64,000 nt of DNA. Source: Octopus vulgaris (taxonomy: Eukaryota). Each line of letters starts with the position of its first letter. Position 1 is the stretch's first letter. The position numbers and the translations under genes are program-made. Location of the stretch: NCBI GenBank assembly GCA_951406725.2, contig OX597829.1, positions 11,718,001 through 11,782,000 of the forward strand. Direction: 5' to 3'. A model generated the notes under the pieces. The model was not told the origin of the DNA. It saw only the letters and a list, made by a program, of their open reading frames with translations, and searched no databases. Shown here in pieces: positions 1 to 12,499 of the stretch.

Positions 1-1339
1 AAAATTATTATTTAATTTTGCTAACAAACACCTATTGATTTTTGTTTCTTAAAGATCAAAAACTGAAATGCTATCGTCTTCTTCAGAAGATGCTAGAATA
101 AATCAAGGGAGGTAACTCTTAAATACTTAGCAGTTATCTTATCCTGCAACGAGAAATAGCTGTGTATGTATGCATCTATGTGCATGTGTGCGTGCGTGTT
201 GGTATGTCATTTTGTTTATGTGAACCAATCCTATTTTTATGTAGTGATGGGTAACTAATAAACTCATGGTTCATTACTGGTTCCGTTAGCGAGGTCAAGA
301 GCTGATATTCCTGCAGGTTCAATAGAAGAGAGACACTTTGGACTTTGAAGAAGATGGAGACATTGTAAAAGATTTGCAGACACAGATATCAATGCTACTG
401 TAGCTGCTCAATCCTCGAAAAGATACAGACTGGATTTCAGATTACACTTTGAATGGTTATCATAATGTAGTACCATACTCCTGCTCTCACATCATGGCAA
501 CCACCATGCCATGTCTCTGATGTTTGTAAAATTTTCTCCCTTTCTCTCTCAAGACTCAAAGACTCTGACGAAAGTCATAGAGTCTCCCCTAAATGTCTTT
601 TCTTGAATAATTCATTTTAACAGAGACAGAGAGAATTCTCTGTCTTTACCATAGATATAAAAATACCTTATTTGGTGATAGCAGTACCATTAATGGAACG
701 TATACGTAGGAATTATTTTTCAGCAGATACGATCATGTTGCACATATTTTATGACACGGAGTGATTTTTTTAAAGACAGGAGTTCAACCACAGCTGTCCA
801 TCTTTCACAGGGATATTCAACCTAACAAAATTATGATGTCGATGAATCACAAATAAACTTTTGGTTAGGAAAGTGATTTATCGTTGGAGATATTTCTTTT
901 CCGCAGAATGAGTTGATTTCAGCCCTGCAAACCAACTTACACACACATACACACAACATTTTTACAGTGCTGCCACTGTTTACAAACGAACAACTCAAGC
1001 TGAAGCGGAGGTTTTATATGTACTTGGGTGCTTGGCCTGAATTGTCTGCTATTCACAATCAACCATGTTCAAAAACAAAAAGGAAGGACTTGTTGGATAA
1101 TGTATGCTAAGATATACAAAACAAACAGGATGGTTACAGCTATGATGCTATTGATGGCAGGTCCACTCAGTCAAGGAAGATGTGGGGTTAAGCAACAGCA
1201 ACCGTGGACAATACTACAACCCATCAGTAGCTTCAGGGTTAAATTTGACAATTTGCATAAAAGGAAAAGAAAATACAATACCCCATCCGAAAATATAAGT
1301 ATTTTTAAAAATCAAAAACACATCATCCAGAATATGGCT

Positions 1340-1930
1340 GGAAGATAACAATTTAGTCAGCTTTCCACCATGACTTCAAGAGGGTTAGGATTGGAGTATG
1401 CAGCTCTCAGTGTAACCCAGAGAAGATCTTTAAATACCTCTTGGTCATGGCCACCAGTTGCGCTTGATGTTGCAGGCAGAGTGATTGGTGTCTTTCTCAA
1501 CAGTTCTCCACACATAGTAATCTATAGGATTACAATCGGGAGAATTAGGAAGCCAGAAATTGAGGCTGGTGAGGTCATAGGAAGTCTCTGACAACTTCTT
1601 CTGACTCTTTCTGAAAATATAGCAAAGAATTGAATGCTGCTACCACATATATGACCTTCCCACAGCAACCTGCTTCAGCCAGAGTTTGACGATAGTCTCC
1701 TGTAGCTTCACATAGCCATCTGAATTGAGCCTAAAGCCCTGTTCTACAGTTGTAGAGCAAATCTTGAATTATGGACACAGTCAGAATACCTGCTGCATCC
1801 CTTTCCACAAGTCAGGGCTTCATAGTCTCCATTGCAGTTGTTAATGCTATATCTTATAGCTTTTACAGTGTTCACAGAGCACTAAGCAGGAGTCATGGCA
1901 TTGGCGTTTTGATGCCCAGAGCAAATCATC
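1340..1930 (-). mobile_element. Decayed Tc1/mariner-superfamily (maT/DD37D-like) transposase fragment
   Basis: The minus strand reads GLRLNSDGYVKL..IVKLWLKQVAVGRSYMWQQHS..FWLPNSPDCNPIDYYVWRTVEKDTN, matching the QQDxAP and WPPNSPDxNPxDYxVW motifs. It is broken by stops and frameshifts. Confidence 0.75.
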
Positions 1931-2129
1931 ATGATACAAATAACTCTTTTCTGTTATCCTGGCTCCCATCATATCAACTAACTCTTTCTCAACTACAATT
2001 TTAATCTTTATGTTCTCCAGCACCATTGACTGTTCACCAATATATCAAGCTGCTCCTGCATAAACAAGATATAACGCAATCACCAAATTTAGCCTGAACA
2101 ACCCGTATTTACATTGAAATAAATTCAAG

Positions 2130-2260
2130 CATGGCTATGTGGTTGAGAAGTTTGCTTTTGAATACACAGGTCAAGATTCGACTCTATTGTCCAACACATT
2201 GAACAATTATCTTCTATCACAGACTCATGTTGACCAAAGCATTATGAGTACATTTTCAGA
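2130..2260 (+). mobile_element. Old tRNA-derived SINE head remnant
   Basis: atggctatgtggttgagaagtttgct... is a diverged match to the SINE heads at 22431 and 50344. Confidence 0.5.
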
Positions 2261-2874
2261 AAGCCAACAAAAGTTAACTGTTTTCTGGAGAGTGGAAGTT
2301 ACCTGGTAATTCCACTTTGCCATGGATTATCATTGAATATTCTCATTTAAAACTGCTAATGGACATTACTTATAACTGTACTGTTAATTTGATTATTTGA
2401 TCATGGAACTACCTAATGCATACCTATTTTACTCTGATCTTTTCCCCATTTGTGACAAACTGGAATATCCTCAACTGGAGATATTCCCTAATTTTTACAT
2501 CCCTTTGACTTCTGCTTCTCTGATGATGGTATACTCAGCTTATGGAATCCTTATTCAATATGTTGATTCACATGCTTGACTATTCTAGAAGCAGCTGCAA
2601 GAGACTCCGTATCTTTAGATTATCTATCTAAATTAAATGGGTTTTTTGTCAAATGATGCTAAACAATTTACTTTTTCATTTTTACTTTAGTCATACATAC
2701 ATACCTATATACATACGTATACATAAATATATGTATATATATATATACACACACACACACATACACACACATATATATGCTAGCATGGAGAACGGATGTT
2801 AAACGATGATGATGATGATGATGATATATATACATACATACATATATATATACATATTATACATACATACTTAC

Positions 2875-5800
2875 ATGAATGGTTAGTGAGAGCTGTGCGA
2901 GCCATGTACAGGGACGCTGCTAGTAAGGTGAGGGTTAGCAATGAGTACAGTGAAGAATTCCAGGTAGAGGTAGGTGTCCACCAAGTCCTCAGCCCCCTCC
3001 TATTTATCATAGTCCTCCAGGCAATAACGGAGGAATTCAAGACAGGATGCCCTTGGGAACTCCTCTATGCTGATGACCTTGCTTTAATTGCTGAGTCACT
3101 ATCAGAACTGGAGGAGAAGTTTCAGGTGTGGAAGCAAGGATTAGAATCGAAGGGCCTTAGAGTCAATCTAGCTAAAACCAAAGTGCTAATAAGTAGGAAG
3201 GTAGACAAATCACAAACGCCTTCAGGTAGATGGCCCTGCTCGATCTGTAGAAAAGGTGTAGGTAGAAACTCTATAAGATGCACCAAGTGTAAGCTATGGA
3301 CACATAAGAGGTGCAGCAATGTCAAAGGAAGGCTAACTAGGAAGATGGTTTTTGTATGTGGCTCAGGAACAATAAACACTGAAAATGTTCTGAGACCAAC
3401 TTCTGTCACTTTCCAGGGAGAAAAACTAGAAATAGTTGATAGCTTCCGTTACCTAGGTGACCAAGTCAGCAGCGGGGGCAGGTGTGCTGAAAGTGTAACT
3501 GCTAGAGTAAGAATAGCTTGGGCAAAGTTCAGAGAGCCCTTACCTCTGCTGGTGAGAAAAGGCCTCTTGCTCAGAGTAAAAGGCAGACTGTATGACGCGT
3601 GTGTACGAACAGCCATGCTACATGGCAGTGAAACATAGGCTGTGACTGCTGAGGATATGCGTAAGCTTGCAAGAAATGAAGCCAGTATGCTCCGATGGAT
3701 GTGTAATGTCAGTGTTCATACTCGACAGAGTGTAAGTACCTTGAGAGAAAAGAAGCATCAGATGTGGTGTGCAAGAGAGACATTCGAACTTTAGGTCTCA
3801 CTGAGGCAATGACTAATACCGAGACCTTTCGAAATATACTGTGCCAGTGGCACATAAAAAGCACCATCCGTTCATGGCCATTGCCAGCCTCACCTGGCCC
3901 CCGTGCCGGTGGCACATAAAAAGCACCATCTGTTCATGGCCAATGCCAGCCTCACCTGGCCCCCGTGCCGGTGGCACATAAAAAGCACCATCTGTTCATG
4001 GCCATTGCCAGACTCACCTGGCCCCCGTGCCGGTGGCACATAAAAAGCACCATCCGTTCATGGCCATTGCCAGCCTCACCTGGCCCCCGTGCCAGTGGCA
4101 CATAAAAAGCACCATCTGTTCATGGCCATTGCCAGCCTCACCTGGCCCCCGTGCCAGTGGCACATAAAAAGCACCATCTGTTCATGGCCATTGCCAGCCT
4201 CACCTGGCCCCCGTGCCGGTGGCACATAAAAAGCACCATCCATTCATGGCCATTGCCAGCCTCACCTGGCCCCCGTGCCAGTGGCACATAAAAAGCACCA
4301 TCTGTTCATGGCCATTGCCAGCCTCACCTGGCCCCCGTGCCAGTGGCACATAAAAAGCACCATCCGTTCATGGCCATTGCCAGCCTCACCTGGCCCCCGT
4401 GCCAGTGGCACATAAAAAGCACCATCCGTTCATGGCCATTGCCAGCCTCACCTGGCCCCCGTGCCAGTGGCACATAAAAAGCACCATCTGTTCATGGCCA
4501 TTGCCAGCCTCACCTGGCCCCCGTGCCGGTGGCACATTTAAAAGCACCATCCGTTCAAGGCCATTGCCAGCCTCACCTGGCCCCCGTGCCAGTGGCACAT
4601 AAAAAGCACCATCTGTTCATGGCCATTGCCAGCCTCACCTGGCCCCCGTGCCAGTGGCACATAAAAAGCACCATCCGTTCATGGCCATTGCCAGCCTCAC
4701 CTGGCCCCCGTGCCGGTGGCACATAAAAAGCACCATCTGTTCATGGCCATTGCCAGCCTCACCTGGCCCCCGTGCCGGTGGCACATAAAAAGCACCATCC
4801 GTTCATGGCCATTGCCAGCCTCACCTGGCCCCCGTGCCAGTGGCACATAAAAAGCACCATCCGTTCATGGCCATTGCCAGCCTCACCTGGCCCCCGTGCC
4901 GGTGGCACATAAAAAGCACCATCTGTTCATGGCCATTGCCAGCCTCACCTGGCCCCCGTGCCGGTGGCACATAAAAAGCACCATCCGTTCATGGCCATTG
5001 CCAGCCTCACCTGGCCCCCGTGCCAGTGGCACATAAAAAGCACCATCTGTTCATGGCCATTGCCAGCCTCACCTGGCCCCCGTGCCGGTGGCACATAAAA
5101 AGCACCATCTGTTCATGGCCATTGCCAGCCTCACCTGGCCCCCGTGCCGGTGGCACATAAAAAGCACCATCCGTTCATGGCCATTGCCAGCCTCACCTGG
5201 CCCCCGTGCCAGTGGCACATAAAAAGCACCATCCGTTCATGGCCATTGCCAGCCTCACCTGGCCCCGTGCCGGTGGCACATAAAAAGCACCATCTGTTCA
5301 TGGCCATTGCCAGCCTCACCTGGCCCCCGTGCCGGTGGCACATAAAAAGCACCATCCGTTCATGGCCATTGCCAGCCTCACCTGGCCCCCGTGCCAGTGG
5401 CACATAAAAAGCACCATCTGTTCATGGCCATTGCCAGCCTCACCTGGCCCCCGTGCCGGTGGCACATAAAAAGCACCATCTGTTCATGGCCATTGCCAGC
5501 CTCACCTGGCCCCCGTGCCGGTGGCACATAAAAAGCACCATCCGTTCATGGCCATTGCCAGCCTCACCTGGCCCCCGTGCCAGTGGCACATAAAAAGCAC
5601 CATCCGTTCATGGCCATTGCCAGCCTCACCTGGCCCCCGTGCCGGTGGCACATAAAAAGCACCATCCGTTCATGGCCATTGCCAGCCTCACCTGGCCCCC
5701 GTGCCAGTGGCACATAAAAAGCACCATCTGTTCATGGCCATTGCCAGCCTCACCTGGCCCCCGTGCCGGTGGCACATAAAAAGCACCATCTGTTCATGGC

Positions 5801-7878
5801 CATTGCCAGCCTCACCTGGCCCCCGTGCCGGTGGCACATTTAAAAGCACCATCCGTTCATGGCCATTGCCAGCCTCACCTGGCCCCCGTGCCAGTGGCAC
5901 ATAAAAAGCACCATCTGTTCATGGCCATTGCCAGCCTCACCTGGCCCCCGTGCCAGTGGCACATAAAAAGCACCATCCGTTCATGGCCATTGCCAGCCTC
6001 ACCTGGCCCCCGTGCCGGTGGCACATAAAAAGCACCATCTGTTCATGGCCATTGCCAGCCTCACCTGGCCCCCGTGCCGGTGGCACATAAAAAGCACCAT
6101 CCGTTCATGGCCATTGCCAGCCTCACCTGGCCCCCGTGCCAGTGGCACATAAAAAGCACCATCCGTTCATGGCCATTGCCAGCCTCACCTGGCCCCCGTG
6201 CCGGTGGCACATAAAAAGCACCATCTGTTCATGGCCATTGCCAGCCTCACCTGGCCCCCGTGCCGGTGGCACATAAAAAGCACCATCCGTTCATGGCCAT
6301 TGCCAGCCTCACCTGGCCCCCGTGCCAGTGGCACATAAAAAGCACCATCTGTTCATGGCCATTGCCAGCCTCACCTGGCCCCCGTGCCGGTGGCACATAA
6401 AAAGCACCATCTGTTCATGGCCATTGCCAGCCTCACCTGGCCCCCGTGCCGGTGGCACATAAAAAGCACCATCCGTTCATGGGCATTGCCAGCCTCACCT
6501 GGCCCCCGTGCCAGTGGCACATAAAAAGCACCATCCGTTCATGGCCATTGCCAGCCTCACCTGGCCCCCGTGCCGGTGGCACATAAAAAGCACCATCTGT
6601 TCATGGCCATTGCCAGCCTCACCTGGCCCCCGTGCCGGTGGCACATAAAAAGCACCATCCGTTCATGGCCATTGCCAGCCTCACCTGGCCCCCGTGCCAG
6701 TGGCACATAAAAAGCACCATCTGTTCATGGCCATTGCCAGCCTCACCTGGCCCCCCGTGCCGGTGGCACATAAAAAGCACCATCTGTTCATGGCCATTGC
6801 CAGCCTCACCTGGCCCCCGTGCCGGTGGCACATAAAAAGCACCATCCGTTCATGGCCATTGCCAGCCTCACCTGGCCCCCGTGCCAGTGGCACATAAAAA
6901 GCACCATCCGTTCATGGCCATTGCCAGCCTCACCTGGCCCCCGTGCCGGTGGCACATAAAAAGCACCATCCGTTCATGGCCATTGCCAGCCTCACCTGGC
7001 CCCCGTGCCAGTGGCACATAAAAAGCACCATCTGTTCATGGCCATTGCCAGCCTCACCTGGCCCCCGTGCCGGTGGCACATAAAAAGCACCATCTGTTCA
7101 TGGCCATTGCCAGTCTCACCTGGCCCCCGTGCCGGTGGCACATAAAAAGCACCATCTGTTCATGGCCATTGCCAGCCTCACCTGGCCCCCGTGCCAGTGG
7201 GACATAAAAAGCACCATCCGTTCATGGCCATTGCCAGCCTCACCTGGCCCCCGTGCCAGTGGCACATAAAAAGCACCATCTGTTCATGGCCATTGCCAGC
7301 CTCACCTGGCCCCCGTGCCGGTGGCACATAAAAAGCACCATCCGTTCATGGCCATTGCCAGCCTCACCTGGCCCCCGTGCCGGTGGCACATAAAAAGCAC
7401 CATCTGTTCATGGCCATTGCCAGCCTCACCTGGCCCCCGTGCCGGTGGCACATAAAAAGCACCATCCGTTCATGGCCATTGCCAGCCTCACCTGGCCCCC
7501 GTGCCAGTGGCACATAAAAAGCACCATCTGTTCATGGCCATTGCCAGCCTCACCTGGCCCCCGTGCCGGTGGCACATAAAAAGCACCATCCGTTCATGGC
7601 CATTGCCAGTCTCACCTGGCCCCCGTGCCGGTGGCACATAAAAAGCACTATCCGACCGTGGCCATTTGCCAGACTCGTCTGGCACCTGTGCCAGTGGCAC
7701 GTAAAAAGCACCCACTACACTCATGGAGTGGTTGGTGTTAGGAAGGGCATCCAGCCGTAGAAACATTGCCAGATCAAACTGGGCCTGGTGCAGCCTTCTG
7801 GCTTCCCAGACCCCAGTTGAACCATCCAACCTATGCTAGCATGGAAAGCGGACGCTAAATGATGATGATGATGATGAT
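2875..7878 (+). mobile_element. 5'-truncated RTE-clade LINE: RT C-terminal half with PHD-type finger, 3' UTR containing a tandem array, (GAT)n tail
   Basis: ORF 2796-3638 has VGVHQ..LSPLLF, LLYADDLAL, GLRVNLAKTK, FRYLGD and LHGSET. The 3' end is ..gcatggaaagcggacgctaaa(tga)n at about 7840-7878. It is collinear with the copy at 12500-14656. Confidence 0.92.
3841..7624 (+). repeat. Tandem array of 61 x 62-bp units
   Basis: The unit is gtgcc[a/g]gtggcacataaaaagcaccatc[c/t]gttcatggccattgccagcctcacctggccccc. The 3784 bp equal 61 x 62 plus a net 2 bp of single-base indels. One diverged unit (7625-7687) and a last motif copy (7688-7712) follow. Confidence 0.97.
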
Positions 7879-7884
7879 ATATAT

Positions 7885-8218
<334 letters not shown>

Positions 8219-8219
8219 A

Positions 8220-8380
8220 CACCCAAGTAAGCACATAAATGTAAAACAAGATGGGAAAAATAGTACTCGAATACCAGAGGTAGAGTAATATGCTTTATTA
8301 TTAAAGCTGCAAAAAACATTACAAAAATATCAGAAAAGCTGCTACTCAGAGTTTCTTGTTCCTGTTCATTTGGCAGTTGT
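8220..8380 (-). mobile_element. Short non-coding repeat with a degenerate hammerhead motif (Penelope pLTR-like)
   Basis: Homologous to 54889-54990. The minus strand at 8336-8380 reads aactgc CAAATGA aca-ggaa-caa GAAAC tctga GTA gcagct, with the core and stem II mutated. Confidence 0.5.
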
Positions 8381-8564
8381 GATCACATATATATACATAT
8401 ATATGCTGAGATCCCCCTTTGATCATGACTTTACCATGGGATTGCACCTAGAAAGTTACCATCCCAGACACAAGTTCGGGCAAGTTTGTTTATGGAAGAC
8501 TAGCAGTGTTATCCAAGGGAAAGGCAATGGCTGATACAGCTTGGCACCTGTGACGTTGCAACTC

Positions 8565-8582
8565 ATTTCTGAAAGAAGCCCG

Positions 8583-8621
<39 letters not shown>

Positions 8622-8817
8622 TGTGTTTGTTCCCCACCATCGCTTGACAACTGATGGTGGCATATCTACATCCCCATAATTTAGCAGTTCACCAAAAGAG
8701 ACCGATAGTATAAGTACTAAGCTTGCAAAGAATAAGTCCTGGGGTCGATTTGTTCAATTAAAGGCGGTGTTCCAACATGGCCGCAGTCAAATGATTGGAA
8801 CAAATAAAAGAATAAAA

Positions 8818-8820
<3 letters not shown>
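8565..8820 (+). mobile_element. tRNA-derived SINE, 3' half
   Basis: gaaagaagcccgtcg-(gt)n-...gagaccgatag..aataagtcctggggtcgatt..ccgcagtcaaatga, the same family as 22431, 27277, 40096 and 41764. Confidence 0.85.
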
Positions 8821-8870
<50 letters not shown>

Positions 8871-8872
<2 letters not shown>

Positions 8873-11800
8873 GTCATCCCATAAATAATGGTTTTTTTTT
8901 ACTTCTTTTATTTTTTCAAAATTAATAAGTTCTTTTTTAATCTAAAATATACTCTCCTTCATTTTCTACAATGTTCTTCCATCTGTCTGGTAGACTTACA
9001 AGACTCCTCTTCCAAAATTCACTTGTCCCTGATGAAAAACACCACACCAGTACTGTTCTAACCTCTTTTACAGGTTCCATATTTTTTCTGTTCAAATGAT
9101 TTTGAAGACTGCAGAATAAATTATAATCAGATGGGGCAATGTCCGATGAATATGGTGAGTGGGGCATCGATTCCCATTCAAACTGATCCAGCCCAGGTTT
9201 ACCAAATGTATTACCAATTTACCAAAATAAAAGTACCAGATTTTGCTCAAAAAGTACCAAAATTTTAAATTGTAATATTTTGCCTATAAATCAACTGAAA
9301 TGTGTAATTATATATTATTTATAATATACAGGGCCTTATTTTAAAGTGACCTAGACGTATTTAATATACTTACTTTATAATTAGGAGCTTGTATCGTCAA
9401 CAGGGTGAGGTTCCTCTTTGTACCAATGTCCTTGTCCTTCTTTTACTTTAGCACAAAGCTCTGCATCAGATGTACAAGTTGTGCAGTTTACATCATGAAG
9501 AAGACTTTTTGAATGCAGCAGAGTATTGATTGTTTGGGTATGCAGTTTAGACCTATTCTTGACTTTGATATTTTTTGGGAGTGAAAATATTCTCTCAGCT
9601 GCAGCTGAAGAATGTGATAATGATAGGAGTTGAAACATAATGCATCATAGGACCAGATAACAAGCATTATCTCCACATTTTTCCTTAGAAATTTTATACC
9701 AATAATCTTCTGGTTTGGTAGCTTCAGTTGAAGTTTAATTTCTCTTCATTCTTTATTCAGAACTTCAATCTGACTCTCCTGAACAGTATTTGGAAATTTG
9801 CATGCCAGAGGAATAATTGAACTTGGACCATTGTAATCCTGAATACTAACTGGGTCTAGTGCCTCTAGAAGCTTCAGATTACAGAAGAAATCATGTGCAA
9901 AGAAGCACTGAAAAGATTCTTTCTCAAGGTACACTAAAAAATTCAATGTTTTCACATGAAATTATTTCAATTCAGTTGTATTAATAGATGAAGCTTTCTT
10001 TATGTAGATGCTTTCAATTTTTGCTCCTCTGTAAATTTCAGTCATGAGAAGATACACTGATAGATCATTGATGTTAATTTCATGTAGCTTTTATTTTTCA
10101 CAATTTATTTTTTAACAAAATTGCCAAGTATTCCATTAACAGTACAGGTAATAGATTTGTACAGTCTATAGCTTTCGTATCAGAAATCTAAGTTCAACTT
10201 AATAATATCTGGCAAAATATATGCTAAAAAGACATAATACATTTCTGTGATTGGATTTGTTAATGAATTCAGTACATTTGAAGCTGCACTGTTGTTATTT
10301 TCAATAGCAGCAGTAGTAAAGAATAACAGTAGAGCAGGCCACAGTTCTAGTGTTCTTTTGACAACTTGTTCTAAAGATAGCCACCTTGTACAACTTACAT
10401 GTAATAATTTGAGGATTTTTTTTAGTAAATGCCTGAAATTCTTCATGTTCTTGCAGTCTTTTGGAGCTATTTGAGAGAAATGAATATATGCTTCTAGTAA
10501 GTTCTTCTAAAAATGAAGGTAATTCTGGACATGGCTTTGATGCACAGATATGCATAGAGGGACATACACAACCCTAAATAAAAAGAGATGGAACTTTATT
10601 CTTCAGTAATGCCTGCAGACCTCCCTTCTGTCCCATCATTACACTAGCATTGTCATAGGCAAATCCTATCAAATTTTCAAAAGGAATTTCATGTAAGGTG
10701 AAAAATCTTTCAATAGAGGAAAAAATTCCATTAACAGAGCAATCCTTGGCTTCCAAAAGAATTAAATAACTACCAATAATTTTTTGAGTGCTACAATCAT
10801 AAAATCTAGCTGACAGAACAAGCTATTTTTTTGTACACACATCAGTAATTTCATCAACAATTAATGGAAACTTGTACTCTTTGAACTCTTTAATGAGGTT
10901 TTCAAAGTAATAAGGGCATAAAGCATTTTTATATATTTGAGTAGTTTTGGTCCTTGCACATTTAATATTTTTAGCTATTTTGGAATCAGGATGTGCATTC
11001 TGAATTAGTCCAGGTAAATAATCCACTGGTAAGTTATCTTCTGCATTGAAGGAACAAAACTTAAACTCCGCAGCTGCTACGTTTGTAATATGAACAGAAA
11101 AAGTATGTTGCAAAAAGTCAGTCCCTTTTCTACTTTTATTTTCTGAATTAACATTTTTAATATGTTTATGAGTTTTTCCGTGCCTCTCCAGATTAGTTAT
11201 ACTGTCTTGAATTTCACTACGACAAAATTTACAGTATGCTCATTCAATATTTGTTTTAATTGGTTCATGATGGAAATCGAGAATCCAATAAAAGTTTGTT
11301 TGATAATTTATGATTATATTGTTTAATTCTCTTCTTTGGTGGAATTGAACCTAAGTCAATTTCATCACTTCTTTTATCTTTTATATTCTTGTTCATCATG
11401 AGGGTTATAAATCACTCATAACTGATAGAAGTTTAACGAGATAGTAAGGAAGCACTTGTCACTTATGTATAAAACATGCTACTGACTGGCATTAGAGGCA
11501 GCAACCTGGTGATATTGGATACATGTATATACCAACCAGTTACCAATTAGATATAAACTGTCATGTTATAAAATGTTGCAAAATATATTTTGATATAAAA
11601 TAGTTAGTCCAATAGTAATGTAATGTATTTATTTTTACATTGTTCACTTACATACGTTGTAAACTTATTTTTTTACATAAAGTGAAAAGTTTGAAAAAAG
11701 GACCAAATGATTGCAGTGTAGTACCAAAAGTTTTACCGTACACTAAAAGTACCAAATTTTGTAGAATAGTACCAGGTTCGGCAAGCCTGCTCTATGTGGC

Positions 11801-12440
11801 CATAGATGGAAGAACATCTTTCATCTTCTTGATGGAAGAACACCTTTCATCTTGAAACAAAAGATGGCCGTTTTTCTTCTAGTGTTGATTAAAGCTGCTC
11901 AAGCTGCTCACAATAGATCGCCTTTGTTATTGTTTGGTTTGGGTTTAAAAGTTCAAAGTGGACTAAACCTTTCATATCGCACCAAACAGATAACAACACC
12001 TTACGTAGGTGACGTCCTTCTTGAGCCTGGGGTGCCGGTGTTTTTCCTTTCCTTATCCAGTCTTCGGCGCTTGACATTTTTATAGAGAACCCATTTCTCA
12101 TCACCAGTCACTATTTGGGCTAAAAAAGATTCATTCGTGAGACGTTAACAGCAAAGAAGAGCACACATTCACTTTCTGCATACGATTAGACTTGGAAAGT
12201 TTGTGATGAACCCTTTGACCCAATTTGCTAACTTTTGCGATGGCACACAGGTGTCAATGAATGGTTGAATGACCAAATCCAAGCTTCACTGCTAGTTCCT
12301 CAGCAGTTACAATGGAATTTTGCTCCATCCGGGTTTGCAGGACATCCTCCTTGAGTTCTACAGCCTAGAAGATGAGTCTCCTCCTAGAAGGACGAGACTC
12401 ATCTTCTAGGCTGTAGGTTCTGGTTCAGAATTTCTGGAAC
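8871..12440 (-). mobile_element. Mariner element pseudogene, interrupted by a hAT element and lacking its 5' end
   Basis: TIR ggtcatcccataaataat at 8871 is shared with the 40641 copy. The C-terminus PHSPYSSDIAPSDYNLF lies at 8937-9190, and the middle and N-terminal part (KVLLSVWCDMKGLVHFELL) at 11790-12440. Confidence 0.9.
9194..11789 (-). mobile_element. hAT DNA transposon with decayed ZNF862/ZBED-like transposase
   Basis: Imperfect TIRs caggtttaccaaa / ttcggcaagcctg and repeated subterminal agtacca motifs. Peptide motifs are LIVDEITD, GFAYDNASVMMG, CTRWLSL and SLSHSSAAAERIFS (dimerisation domain). Many frameshifts. Confidence 0.88.
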
Positions 12441-12499
12441 CACTGTATATATATCGATTCTTAATACCTCCACCGAAAGGTATTAAGTATCAGACTGCC

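Noticed and set aside
558-588. Hairpin gactct-gac-gaaa-gtc-at-agagtc containing CTGACGA and GAAA
   Set aside because: The two motifs overlap within one stem-loop and cannot form a hammerhead three-way junction.
240-1330. Possible decayed transposase (MULE-like hints such as HLSQ and FPQNELISAL) or host exons
   Set aside because: The motifs are too short and degenerate to call by eye. A translated search is needed.
3841-7712. CRISPR array interpretation of the palindromic repeat
   Set aside because: The would-be spacers are identical apart from point variants, there are no cas genes, the context is eukaryotic, and the array is embedded in a LINE 3' UTR.
4386-7829. Repeated short ORFs (MPVAHKKHH..., MPLARGPGEAG...)
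   Set aside because: They are frame-cycling translations of the 62-bp unit with regular stops, and show no coding signature.
9381-11113. Domesticated ZNF862/ZBED gene
   Set aside because: It has many stops and frameshifts, TIRs are present, and it is inserted in a mariner.
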